Source of the DNA: Lepidodermella squamata
Lineage: Eukaryota; Animalia; Gastrotricha
Direction of reading: 5' to 3'
Length of the DNA: 64,000 nucleotides
Assembly (NCBI GenBank): GCA_047495785.1
Contig: JBLDXI010000001.1
Span: 496,001 to 560,000 of the forward strand
Shown here: positions 1 to 9,915 of the stretch, piece after piece
Layout of the letters: every line of letters begins with the position of its first letter
How positions within the stretch are numbered: the first letter of the stretch is position 1
Notes under the pieces: model-generated
Databases searched by the model: none
The model's input: the letters and a program-made list of their open reading frames with translations, nothing else
What the model was told of the DNA's origin: nothing
Program-made: the position numbers and the translations under genes

Positions 1-699
1 AAACAGCACGAAAAATCGGCAGCGGTGAGATAGGCAAAAGACGAGGTCATCATCATAATCACAAGAAGATTTCAGGGAGACAAAAGCGGCGAAAGAATGT
101 GCACTCATTGGAGGAGAATGTCTATTCAACTCATTCAGTTGAACTCGGCAGCAATGAAGTCACGTCGTCGACACTTCAAGCTGAGCCTAAACATTTTATA
201 TAGTAGACATCCCTCCGCAGTCTACCCTCCTAGTTTCATTTATAGATGATTTCTTGTCAAAAGAGCTTTTACAAAAAGCTCCCTGCTCGTGTTGAAAATA
301 CATTCCTTGGTATAATGAACTGCTACAAGTGCCGTGAAATTCTGGAATTTCCGATCTGAGAGAAAAGTCTTTAGCCCCGCTCGATGTAAATAATATAACA
401 CCCTTTCTGCTCTTGCTCCTTCGAAAAAGCCAAATTTTTAAAATGATAATTATAGCTAATTTTTTATATACAATTCTTCAATGGTACATGGCCTTTGATT
501 CGTCCTTGATGATGCGAGATCTTTTATCTTCGAAATTCTAAAATCTGTATTATGTTTTGAAACTTGTATGCATATTGCTTTGATAAATATTTAGATAACA
601 AGAGAAAAAATGTGCAAATCATATTAAAAAATAAAAATTGAAGCGCTGACTGCATTGGAAAACATTAGCCTTGGCATGAAGGGCAACTAGTACGGTTGT

Positions 700-1164
700 T
701 TAATCGTAAAAACCTCGGAGTTTCATTTCGTTAACTATTCGACAGGTAAAACAGAGGGGGCAACAACAGAGCTGGAAGCCCTCCTGGCACATCGGTTGTC
801 TGATGCCTGTTAGCGTCCTAATAGGAATTTATATTAACTTTTGCTAATATGGTTATTGTTGAAGTTTACCTGAATCGAACTGCAAGCGGCAGAAGACCGA
901 AAACCATAGGGTAGCAAAAGCTTTCTCCTAGTTGCGAGGAAATAACGCAGGTGGTGTACGGCCACAAACAGGAAGCAGAAAGACCTAAAGCGAGTTATAA
1001 CTTAGCTTCCTTCAGCGTATTAATCGAATAGCTTTCATACATGTTGAAATGGAATGACAGCAGTCACAGAGCCCAATAGCGTAGGACTGACGAATAGCTG
1101 GAACCTGGTGTGGGAATGGATGAACACTAGGGTTCGGCTGAGAAGTGATTGCTGGAGAACTCAT
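700..1164 (-). CDS. PLAC8/cornifelin-family cysteine-rich protein, copy 1 (3 exons)
   Basis: Hand splicing of two GT-AG introns gives MSSPAITSQP...YAIGLCDCCHSISTCLSASCLWPYTTCVISSQLGESFCYPMVFGLLPLAVRFRTLTGIRQPMCQEGFQLCCCPLCFTCRIVNEMKLRGFYD*. The GLCDC, LGE and CCPLC..C...NE motifs fit the PLAC8 domain. Absent from the ORF track. Confidence 0.88.
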
Positions 1165-1406
1165 TATTTTCAAAGTTTTACTTTATTTCTTTTTAGTGTA
1201 TAGCTTCAGTATAAATAATTCTAAAAAATGCAATTCAGCAGTAAAGAGATAGAGGAGAGACCACGTTACAGCAGAGAGAGATCACAGGAGTAGTTTCACC
1301 GGATAGAGATATTGAGGATGGCTCTACACAACCGTCACTTGACTGACTCTATAGGCATCAAGTTGTGAAGAAGCCGAAGCTATTAAAGCAATCGTCATGT
1401 TGAGAT

Positions 1407-1876
1407 TTATTCGTAGCCGCGAAGCTTCATTTCGTTAATAAGGCGGCACAAGAAGCATAGTGTGCAGCATTGATATTGGCAGCCCTCTTCGCACATGCCT
1501 TGCTGGATGCCCGTTAACGTTCTGTCAAATTAAACACTTGCCATTCAAGTTCTCATAATTTTTAAATTGATTGGGCTAACCTAAACCTGACGGAAAGGGG
1601 CAATGCTCCTCCCGGGCAGCAACCCGGGAAGCAGCAGTTCTCACCAAGTTTAGAAGAGGCCATACAAGCCGCACAAGGGAGGCAAAACATCACCAGGCAG
1701 CCTAAGGATGGAATTTTAGAAATTAACCCATGAAATTAAGCTGCCTTACAGGTTCCGCAGGAATGCGTGCAATCACACAAGCCGACAGAGTAAGTCTGGT
1801 TCCCTGATTGATGGGTGAACGGTTGAACGGTGTTCGCGAAGCCCGCTGCTGGCTGTCTAGTTACTACGTGCGTCAT
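1407..1876 (-). CDS. PLAC8/cornifelin-family cysteine-rich protein, copy 2 (3 exons)
   Basis: Spliced product MTHVVTRQP...YSVGLCDCTHSCGTCCLVMFCLPCAACMASSKLGENCCFPGCCPGGALPLSVRFRTLTGIQQGMCEEGCQYQCCTLCFLCRLINEMKLRGYE*. Intron positions and phases match copy 1. Confidence 0.9.
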
Positions 1877-2762
1877 AATTCGCGAAAGTTATGCTCAACG
1901 ATTATGCGCCTGTGAGAATTGAGAAAAAAATCAAGCTTGTTGGCTAGTTTGCTTTCGATAAAAGAAACCTCCGCAGGCTTGTCATGCCATAAGGCAAACA
2001 AGCTGAGCGCTAAAAAAGCGTTAATTAAATTTCATCCCTCTGGCTGCAGGCAGCAACAGTTTTAATTAAAACAGCCGAGTGTTTTACCCCACGAATTTCG
2101 ATGCATCTACTTTTCTGTTTGCACCGAACGCTCTCGGAAAAGGCAGGTGAAAGTAAACAAGAAGTCGAAAATTTTTATTGCGATGGGAAACCATGCCGAT
2201 ATGTTTTATACTTCACCACTCACTCATCAGCAATGCGCATATATTTCAAACGCCAAAATATGATGAGAATATTATGTTAGCCGCGGTTCCATCGATCGCT
2301 GATTTGTCGTGGCATCTCAAATCGGGCATTAATAAGAACTGTTGACGATATTCTTTAAAGTGTGCTATCATGGTGCCATCTTAATGTTAATCGACTGTTG
2401 TGCTGTATACGCGCCTCAGCCGCGTGTCTGAAGTTCAGTAAAGTGTACTCGGAGCTTTATCCTACCTGCAGCCAACAACATGGCCACAGAGCAGTTATAA
2501 CGGTGAAAATGAAGAATCAGATGATTGCGTACGAGCTTATTTCTGATTTCGAAATTAGCAATATAGAAAATTGGAAGTGAAATTTATTCCAAGCTACGTC
2601 CTACTGCCAACGGTGACAATCAAAAGAACAGCACTGTCAATTGGTTAAAGATTTGTGTTACAATTAGCAGTTAGCAGTTAGGATGAAGGCAAATCATTTT
2701 CCTAAAAATGTTCTTCGAACTTTATTGCTTGTCCTAATAGCTTCTGAATGAAAATTAACACA

Positions 2763-3420
2763 TAGGGTAAAGTGACCTAATGTGTCATAATTTCGCTTAC
2801 TTTTTTTCGCGGCCCGATATCTACTCACCTGATGGGTCCCGGTCCGATTTTTTTTGACAGGGACCTCACTTCAGGTCTTGGCTTCAATAATCCGTCGACA
2901 AAATTTGACCCGAATGCGTATTGTGTGCGTGGCAGCAGGTGGTGTTGCGCAAGAGACCGGTTTTTAAAAATGGGCAGGGGCTCCTATTGTGTCATAATTT
3001 CTCGACGAACGGTCCTAACTGTCATAATGGGGTCTAGAATTATTTTTTTTGCCTGCCTTTATAGGAGTAGGTAAATCAAGGTCGGCGGATTCGATTATCG
3101 TGGTCAGGAGGCCCGAATGTTGCTCGTATGGGCGGCTGCCTCAAGCCGAAAAAGTGCCAAATTTTGAGTTTTTCCAAAATTTCACTTTCGTTTTATCATC
3201 ATAAAATCGTCGTAGAGCCATCTAAAATAGATCTATACATTCAACCGTCGCTAAATAAACACCAATGAGTCGCAAAAACGAAAGTGAAATTTTGGAAAAA
3301 CTCAAAATTTGGCACTTTTTCGGCTTGAGGCAGCCGCCCATACGAGCAACATTCGGGCCTCCTGACCACGATAATCGAATCCGCCGACCTTGATTTACCT
3401 ACTCCTATAAAGGCAGGCAA
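2763..3420. mobile_element. Foldback/MITE-like non-autonomous DNA element, probably truncated on the right
   Basis: Perfect inverted repeat with arms 3049-3194 and 3275-3420 and an 80-bp spacer. The left extension starts TAGGGTAAAGTGACC and has three copies of a CCTA..TGTCATAAT motif (about 2776, 2982, 3013). Confidence 0.75.
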
Positions 3421-4179
3421 TGAAAAGACATGAAAAGATGCGGGTGTCAACATGTTTCAGCACTGTATGATTATCTCGAATGTCCCCAGTCTCTTATTAT
3501 TTGTCAATGAGCAAGTTTCCTCTCTGATTGCTACGATCACCAATGTTTGAATCCGCTATGCTGATGCTTCAGAGCACAAATCAGAGCACAACTTAGGAGC
3601 TTCTAGCCTAATAAGACTCGCCATATTCGGTCGAAATATGTCTTACTTTCAGCAACCTTGAATCTAACTCGTGATTTGTTCAGGCACCTTTGATGTTTCA
3701 GGCACCGGCTTACATGAGCAAAGCTTGTTCACTCCGCGCTCGCTTACCTAGTTAAAATACCAGTTGAAAATTCCAAGTAATTGGGAAAAAGTCAGAATAT
3801 ATCTTCAATAATCAAGTCATTTTTATTCAGCGCATTTGAATATAAAGTTCCACGTTAAAAGCGAATCGCAAGGTCAACTGAAATGCCTGAATGGCTCATG
3901 AATGTACAACGCTTGAGAAAAGAGCAAGAGATACTTCATGGACTTCGATGTTGCCAGGTTAGCAGCGACAAATTTACAGCGACGTATACGCATATAATTT
4001 AAGCTAATTAATTGAGTCATATTCAACTCGTAAAAAACGATTGCAGGTTAACATGTCAGAAAACCCCGCCTTGACAGGAAAGACACCAGTCTTGCCAAAG
4101 CACGAGGATATATCAAATATAATAAAATAACAAGACTCAACAAGAATGACACTAGCGAGTATGAACCGGAAGTGCGATT

Positions 4180-5018
4180 TCAGCTGTCCATCGCGTCGCC
4201 AAAGGCCGGCATTGCAGAAGCAGATTCGGCACTGCCCGGCCCTGGAAGAACTTTGATTCGAAGCGTAAGAGGCTCTATGAAAATTGAATTATTAGCAAAA
4301 AAAATCCTCCTTAAAATTATTCAAACTCACCACTGAGCAATCTGTTCTGAGAATCAGCAACGTGCCAAAAAACTGAGTATGCAACACCAGGTAAATGATG
4401 GACCATGACCTCGGTGAACACTGCCACGGTCTGATACGGACCGATCGGCTCGGGAATAGGCACTCGAGGTAGGCTGTCAGCCGCCGCCATTGCGATCAAC
4501 TGCAGACCACCGCCATACGGAACATCGCTATTATTCCGAATAAGCCATGTCGAGTTGATAATTTGACCCGGTACCGCTTCAACTTGCTGTTGCTTGTTCT
4601 CGCAAACAAGAGGAGATAGTCGTTGCTCGTCGAGTAAATTCACGGTGTCCCAGTCGAGCTCAGGGGTTAAAATCGGGGTAGGAGCATGCGATTTCGGCGA
4701 GTGCTGCGGCGCCGATGGGATGAGATTCAACGGCTGTTGTTGAACCGCGCTGCCGATGTACTGCTGCTGGGGCAAATTGGTATCGAAGTAGAGGCACAGA
4801 GCGACTTGAAGGTTCCACGATGAGCTGTCGAGGAAAAATTCGCAATGTTCGTCGGAAATCTCGGTGGAGGTCAGGGCCTTGAATTGCCGAATCAAATCGT
4901 CACGGGACGACGTACCCATCGCTCGAAAATTGTTGAGAAAAGACTCGTCGATTGCATCCGCGGTTGAAGCACCGCCTCTCGCAGCCGGCATCTCACTTTC
5001 ATCTTCAATCATTTCCAT
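4180..5018 (-). CDS. ILRUN: ILRUN/C6orf106-like protein (UBA-like domain plus NBR1/FW-like domain), 2 exons
   Basis: MGTSSRDDLIRQF...CEFFLDSSSWNLQVALCLYFD matches the C6orf106 N-terminus. VPGQIINSTWLIRN is the FW-domain start. Intron 4275-4330; last exon ends ...DAMDS*. Confidence 0.8.
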
Positions 5019-5162
5019 TTCATAATTCAATAAAAACTAAAGAATAATAATAAGAAAAGTTTTAGCGTAAATTAACTCTTTTTAATTTTTTCCTCAGGTT
5101 CACTCTCTTTTGTTGCCTCGTCATCATCACATAAGAAATAAACCACCAAAATGAGCCAGGGC

Positions 5163-5745
5163 TTAACGGTAGGACTTTTGGTAACGCGCGCGAGCACCAG
5201 AACCACCGAACTTCTTCGGTTCGCACCGGCGCGGGTCGGCGACCAGCAGCGACTTGTCGTAAGCGGCAAGGGTGTCCTTCATCTCCTTGCGAGCAGCCTC
5301 GTCAACGACTGAAAAATTGAATTAAAAATCTCGATATCAAGTAAATAATGATGATTCCACCTTAAAATTCTCAAATAATTCGAACCAATAAAATTTAAAT
5401 TTTGAATAAGAATTTATTGATGTACTTACATTTCTGATAGTAGGCAATAACGCTCTTGGCGATGGCCTGACGGATGGCGTAAACCTGGGCGATGGAACCA
5501 CCACCCTTGACGCGGATCTTGATGTCGACTCCGGCGAACCGGTCCTTGCCGAGCAAGAGCACGGGCTCGAGCAGCTTGTAGCGCAGCATTTCGGGCTCGA
5601 CCAGTTCGAGGGGGCGGCCGTTGACGCGGATAGCACCACGACCCTCGCGGCAAAGGGCAACAGCGGTGGCGGTCTTTTTGCGGCCGAAGACCTGGACGAA
5701 GTTCTTGGGCGCCTTTTTCTTAGTCTTATCGTCGGTGGCCGGCAT
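5163..5745 (-). CDS. RPS16: 40S ribosomal protein S16 (uS9), 2 coding exons
   Basis: [14 protein letters not shown]...[17 protein letters not shown], one intron (about 5309-5429), then [48 protein letters not shown]. Confidence 0.98.
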
Positions 5746-5859
5746 TATTGTTTTTACTTAAAAACAATCTAAAAAATGATCAAACAATAATTTAACAAAT
5801 ATTGATCCAAATTTATTTCTTAAATAAAACCAAACCAAAACGATGAGAGGTAGTAGTAA

Positions 5860-6113
5860 TGGAAGAAGATATAGATTATTCAAACTAGATAAAATAGCAA
5901 CAAAGTTAATGCTGAAAAACGCTTCAGTCATTATTATCATACAAAACAGAAGTAAATTTGAGCATGTTTTCGTTTCTACGGCAACCAAGAACACATTTTA
6001 TCACACTCGTAACGGTATTATCATTGTGGAATGCCTCTGTTTTTATACTATCATTGTTACAATACCATAGCTTAGCAAAAATAACAAAGAGCGAGAAAGA
6101 GTGCAAGAAAGAG
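5860..6113 (-). promoter_or_regulatory. Candidate TCT/5'TOP pyrimidine start sites for RPS16
   Basis: Two minus-strand pyrimidine tracts: CTCTTTCTTGCACTCTTTCTCGCTCTTTG (6085-6113) and TCTTCTTCC (about 5861-5869). The second is followed by a plausible 5'UTR intron at 5769-5835. The real start site cannot be decided from sequence. Confidence 0.4.
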
Positions 6114-6179
6114 CCCGCTGCGGATTTAAACGATCCCTTTGTCTCGTCCGCGGTTGAAGTCGTTAAAATACGCACATTT

Positions 6180-7823
6180 TCACAACTGTTCAATCCAGGC
6201 AGGGTTTGGCTGCTTTTTATTCGCAAACATAGGCGCATAAGGCTCGACGGGACGAGTCCATTGGTCACGAGGGGTCGTCCAAGCCTCGCCTAACGAGTCC
6301 CAGAATTGCGTTTCCGATGGAGAAAGATTATGGTTTAAAAATTCGATCGCACGACGGCTGAGTAAGGGCGCCACTACGGTAGCTGGAAGTGTCGAATTAG
6401 ATTGCTGTGGTGCTATCATAAAACTGTAGCGAGTCAGTAGACGAAGTTGACCGAATAAGCCATGCAAAACTTCATCAGCTGGAGGGTCATAAAGACGGCC
6501 GTCCAGACGAGACAGCAGAATAATAGCAAGTTTCAGTTTTCGAATAACATCGACAAATTCGCTTATGTTCGGCAAAATTTCCATCGTTTTCTTCATGTAA
6601 CCTTGAAAATTATGATGAAACTGGCTCGAATTTTTCGTGTTAGCCGTCCAAAAGCGCGTTTCATTCGGGTCCATATCAACTGCTTTCAGACGAGAGATGA
6701 ATTCTTCGACGTCATCAAAACAGTAATTCAGTAACAGCTATAATATTAATCATTAGATTTGATAAACAGATATTAAAGATAAACTAACGTATTCTTGTTT
6801 GACGTTTTGTGATGAGAGATCGCCCATGAATGGAGCTGCATTGTGACCAGGTGACCAACCTGACGGAAGCGTTCCAGAATTGAGAGCGTGATTGTTGAGA
6901 GTTCCCAAACCGGCAGATTTTGTCAAAGAACCATAGCGATAAGGCATCTGATTGTTCATGTTGTTATTATTATCTTCAAAGTCGTAACCCCCAGGTGGCA
7001 ATGGTTTGCGGGGCCAGTAGCCGCCATGCTCAGACGGTGAAACCGATGGAGATAGCGATTCCGCATCATCAAATATTTCTTGTTCTGTTGGTAGAGCAGG
7101 CTCGTCGAATAATACCTCTTCCTTCCTCCAGCCGGGAGCAGCCACGTTCACAGAATCTTGAAGTAAGGAACTCAGGGCCTTGCGAAAATTTTGAATCACC
7201 TCCTCGGCCTAGACGAAAATCACTTGAAGATAAAGAAGTAAGTAACTTATGCAAACATACTGAAAGGCGATGAACTTGGAAGATGAAGACATCAATCATG
7301 TTTTTAGGTGTTTTCGCGGCAAATAACAGCAGGTTTCTATATATTTCACCAGCGCCATGAGACATTACAGCTCTCACACTTCTAACTTCAGATAACGGAA
7401 CTGCTTCGATAAGCATCTGCGGGATGATACATGTTATAATAAATTACAATTGTTCATCTTTCTTCTTACCGCATTATCAGCATTAATAATGAAAACTGAC
7501 TCTCTGGTAAGCCTCAGGACACAATTGGTTGTTGATAACGGGCTGGTCCTTTCGGCTTCCCGAAATCGATATAAAGCTTGTTCAATCGCAGCCTCTCCTA
7601 AAATATTAAGGGGCGATTAAGGCCATCTATTATAACCAGAAGAAGACCAACCAGATAGTCTTGGAAACACATAGGTGTTCAAATGCTCGACTTGATATGT
7701 TATACCAGTCGTCGGAATGAATCCGCCCGCTAATTAAAATAAAATTGACTCATGCATGCATGGCAAATATTAGGAATTAATCAAACCATCGGCTCTGCCT
7801 CCATAAACAACAGCTCCGGGCAT
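6180..7823 (-). CDS. EPS8-like: EPS8-family protein (PTB domain plus central conserved region; no SH3 or C-terminal effector region), 6 exons
   Basis: Spliced exons give YQVEHLNTY (PTB start), YRNLLLFAAK...VFIFQV, LLNYCFDDVEEFISRL, PPADEVLHGLF and VVAPLLSRRAIEFL...FWDSLGEAWTTPRDQW..PYAPMF, all collinear with EPS8 motifs. Confidence 0.85.
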
Positions 7824-8746
7824 ATGTCAAATTAATAAAACCTAGATGATCAAAGCGAATTTTACATTCAAACAAATCCAAGCTATTTGCCACGCAAGTT
7901 TAAGGAATGCACTGCATTAACATTGTGTTGCTCAGGTTAACCAAGTTACATTATAAGGTATGCAGCTGAAGAAAAGGGGTGTACATATTTCATGCCTATA
8001 CCTATACATATAGGGCCTGCGTATAATCTGACGAAAGATGCAAGGCACCCAACAGGTCACTATTTTACACAATCAAGCGTCAAATTCACGAAAGGTTATC
8101 CTTTACCGTATTTTATTCAATACAAGAATCATTCCGCAACTCGAGTGAGCGTCAGGCTCACATGGTCAAGTCTTCGGTACGTGAAGGCTTAAAGCATCTG
8201 AACATTTCATCATTTTGCGACCAATAGAAAGATCCGAAAGATCGGGAAAGAAAAATTACGATTTTCATGAGTATATTTACGAAATTTCAAAGGTGTGAAC
8301 GCTTTGCGATCTTCCAAGGTGACTGAAAGTCCAAATGAAACAGAAACAGCAAGATCTCAGCCGGAGAAGTCCATAATTCACCACCAACACGGGGCCATTT
8401 CGCAGCGAAAGAATTCATAACTTCATTTATTTTTGAAACGAAATATTTAAATATCGTGTATTTTGTAATCTAAAATTAAGCTGAGTAATTTCACACAATC
8501 ACGATATTTAATATTTTAAAATCACGCGCGCAGGCACGTTGTCGGCGCGGCAAGTTGCGCATCGCATGGTGGGATGGGGTCGCTGCTTACTTAAGCCGCG
8601 CTTGCTGTAGCCGAGTCTGAATGTTGATCTTACCGCCTTGTAGTTTAATTGCCTTTATTCTAGCTTGCTGCAACAAATCCAGCGATTCTTTTTCAGGTAA
8701 GCGATACCTATTATTCCAATCTACTCTTGATTGCCAAGTTTTACTA

Positions 8747-8844
8747 ATGATGAAAAAAAGTTCAGAGATGACGGGCGGGGTTTGACGACGTTTTCGTTAA
8801 TCCCGCCTGCGTTGAAGACTATCTAACATCACCCACTTATCTGA
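8747..8844 (+). ncRNA. Intronic box C/D snoRNA (or scaRNA), copy 1
   Basis: Box C ATGATGA (8747), D'-like CAGA, an internal hairpin, C'-like TTGAAGA, guide CTATCTAACATCACCCACTT and box D CTGA (8841-8844), 70 nt upstream of the acceptor. Confidence 0.85.
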
Positions 8845-8999
8845 TATTTATTCGATAATATTTTATTGCTTCTGGTTTATTAATTTTCATTAAGAATTTT
8901 CTTGCGTTTTGCAGGAGCGTCTCGTCGGATGGAAACCGCCTGTAACACTTGGTAAGTTATTATTGCATTTCCTTATGCGTCTCGTGATGCCTGCTTTTT

Positions 9000-9095
9000 A
9001 TGATGAAAAAAATCTCAGAGGTTTAAGGAACAGATAGCAACGTTTTGATATCTGTTTCTTCGTTGATGACTATCTAACATCACCCACTTTTCTGA
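9000..9095 (+). ncRNA. Intronic box C/D snoRNA (or scaRNA), copy 2
   Basis: Box C ATGATGA (9000), CAGA, a hairpin, C' TTGATGA, the identical 20-nt guide and box D CTGA (9092-9095), 67 nt upstream of the acceptor. Confidence 0.88.
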
Positions 9096-9915
9096 TTTAC
9101 CTCAATTAGATAGTACTACCAATCTTTAGCGTCAGCTGGACTTAATGTTTCTCTCATTTCAGATGCGATTCTATTGCCGTTTCTCTTCGCTGATACTCAT
9201 TGATGACGTCAATTCAACCATGCTACGACGAAATTGATACTTTTTGTAATAAAATAAAATGTTTCATTTATGTGATTTATTGACTTGTGGAGTTCTGTTA
9301 CATTTGTTAAACAAAGCGCAGTGAACTATCGTATTCAGAGTAATCAATCAGTTAAATCTTATAGAGATAGTGTATAAGGGAGCATGAAGATTACAGACCG
9401 TTAAGTAGAATGATGCCGTTTACCCTCATATTATTCAAGTCACGCAAGTAGAAACGTGTCACAACCTTCAAAATCGCATCACGCGAGTTATTATAAAAAT
9501 TTTGGGTGTAGGACGTTTAACGAGCAACTTTCAATTAGAAAGTTAGAAAGTTTTCACGAACAAGAAGCTGATTCGACTGGAGAGAGAACGATTCAGGAAG
9601 AAGGAGGGATCATGCAAATTTAGCGAAGTTGCGAATTGCCTTCACACTCCATTCCGAGTAAAATAAGAAGCGGTGATATTCAGGCATTTACATCGGTCTG
9701 ATTTCATGCAAAGCCTTCGTGTCAGCTTGGGATTAAATTCAGCACTACTCCACGTTTCTATTTACAGTATTGGCGCAACTTAAATTGGATCAAATTTCAA
9801 CTTGCAAAATTTTATATTTTATATTTTGACAAAAAATTTGAGAAATTTTGAGCGAGTCAGATAATCACAGCGAACTAGGTATATTTTTGAAGATGCTAGT
9901 TAGCAAGGCCTGTTC

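Larger units (their letters stand above)
8664..9258 (+). ncRNA. Spliced, apparently non-coding snoRNA host gene (5' end uncertain)
   Basis: Strong donors at 8697 (CAG|GTAAGC) and 8952 (TG|GTAAGT). Acceptors end at 8914 and 9162, with a 37-nt middle exon. AATAAA lies at about 9248. The spliced product holds only very short ORFs (for example 37 codons). Confidence 0.7.

Noticed and set aside
2832-3453. ORFs at 2832-3074 and 3241-3453
   Set aside because: They lie inside the inverted-repeat element and have no transposase motifs.
5093-5131. GTGATGA...CTGA or SECIS-like ATGA..AAA..GA in the RPS16 3'UTR
   Set aside because: Too short for a C/D snoRNA, the stem is weak, and RPS16 has no in-frame UGA.
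6064-6068. ATG followed by a GT donor as a first coding exon of RPS16
   Set aside because: Splicing to either available acceptor gives an immediate or 5-codon stop, and the ATG at 5745 already gives a complete protein.
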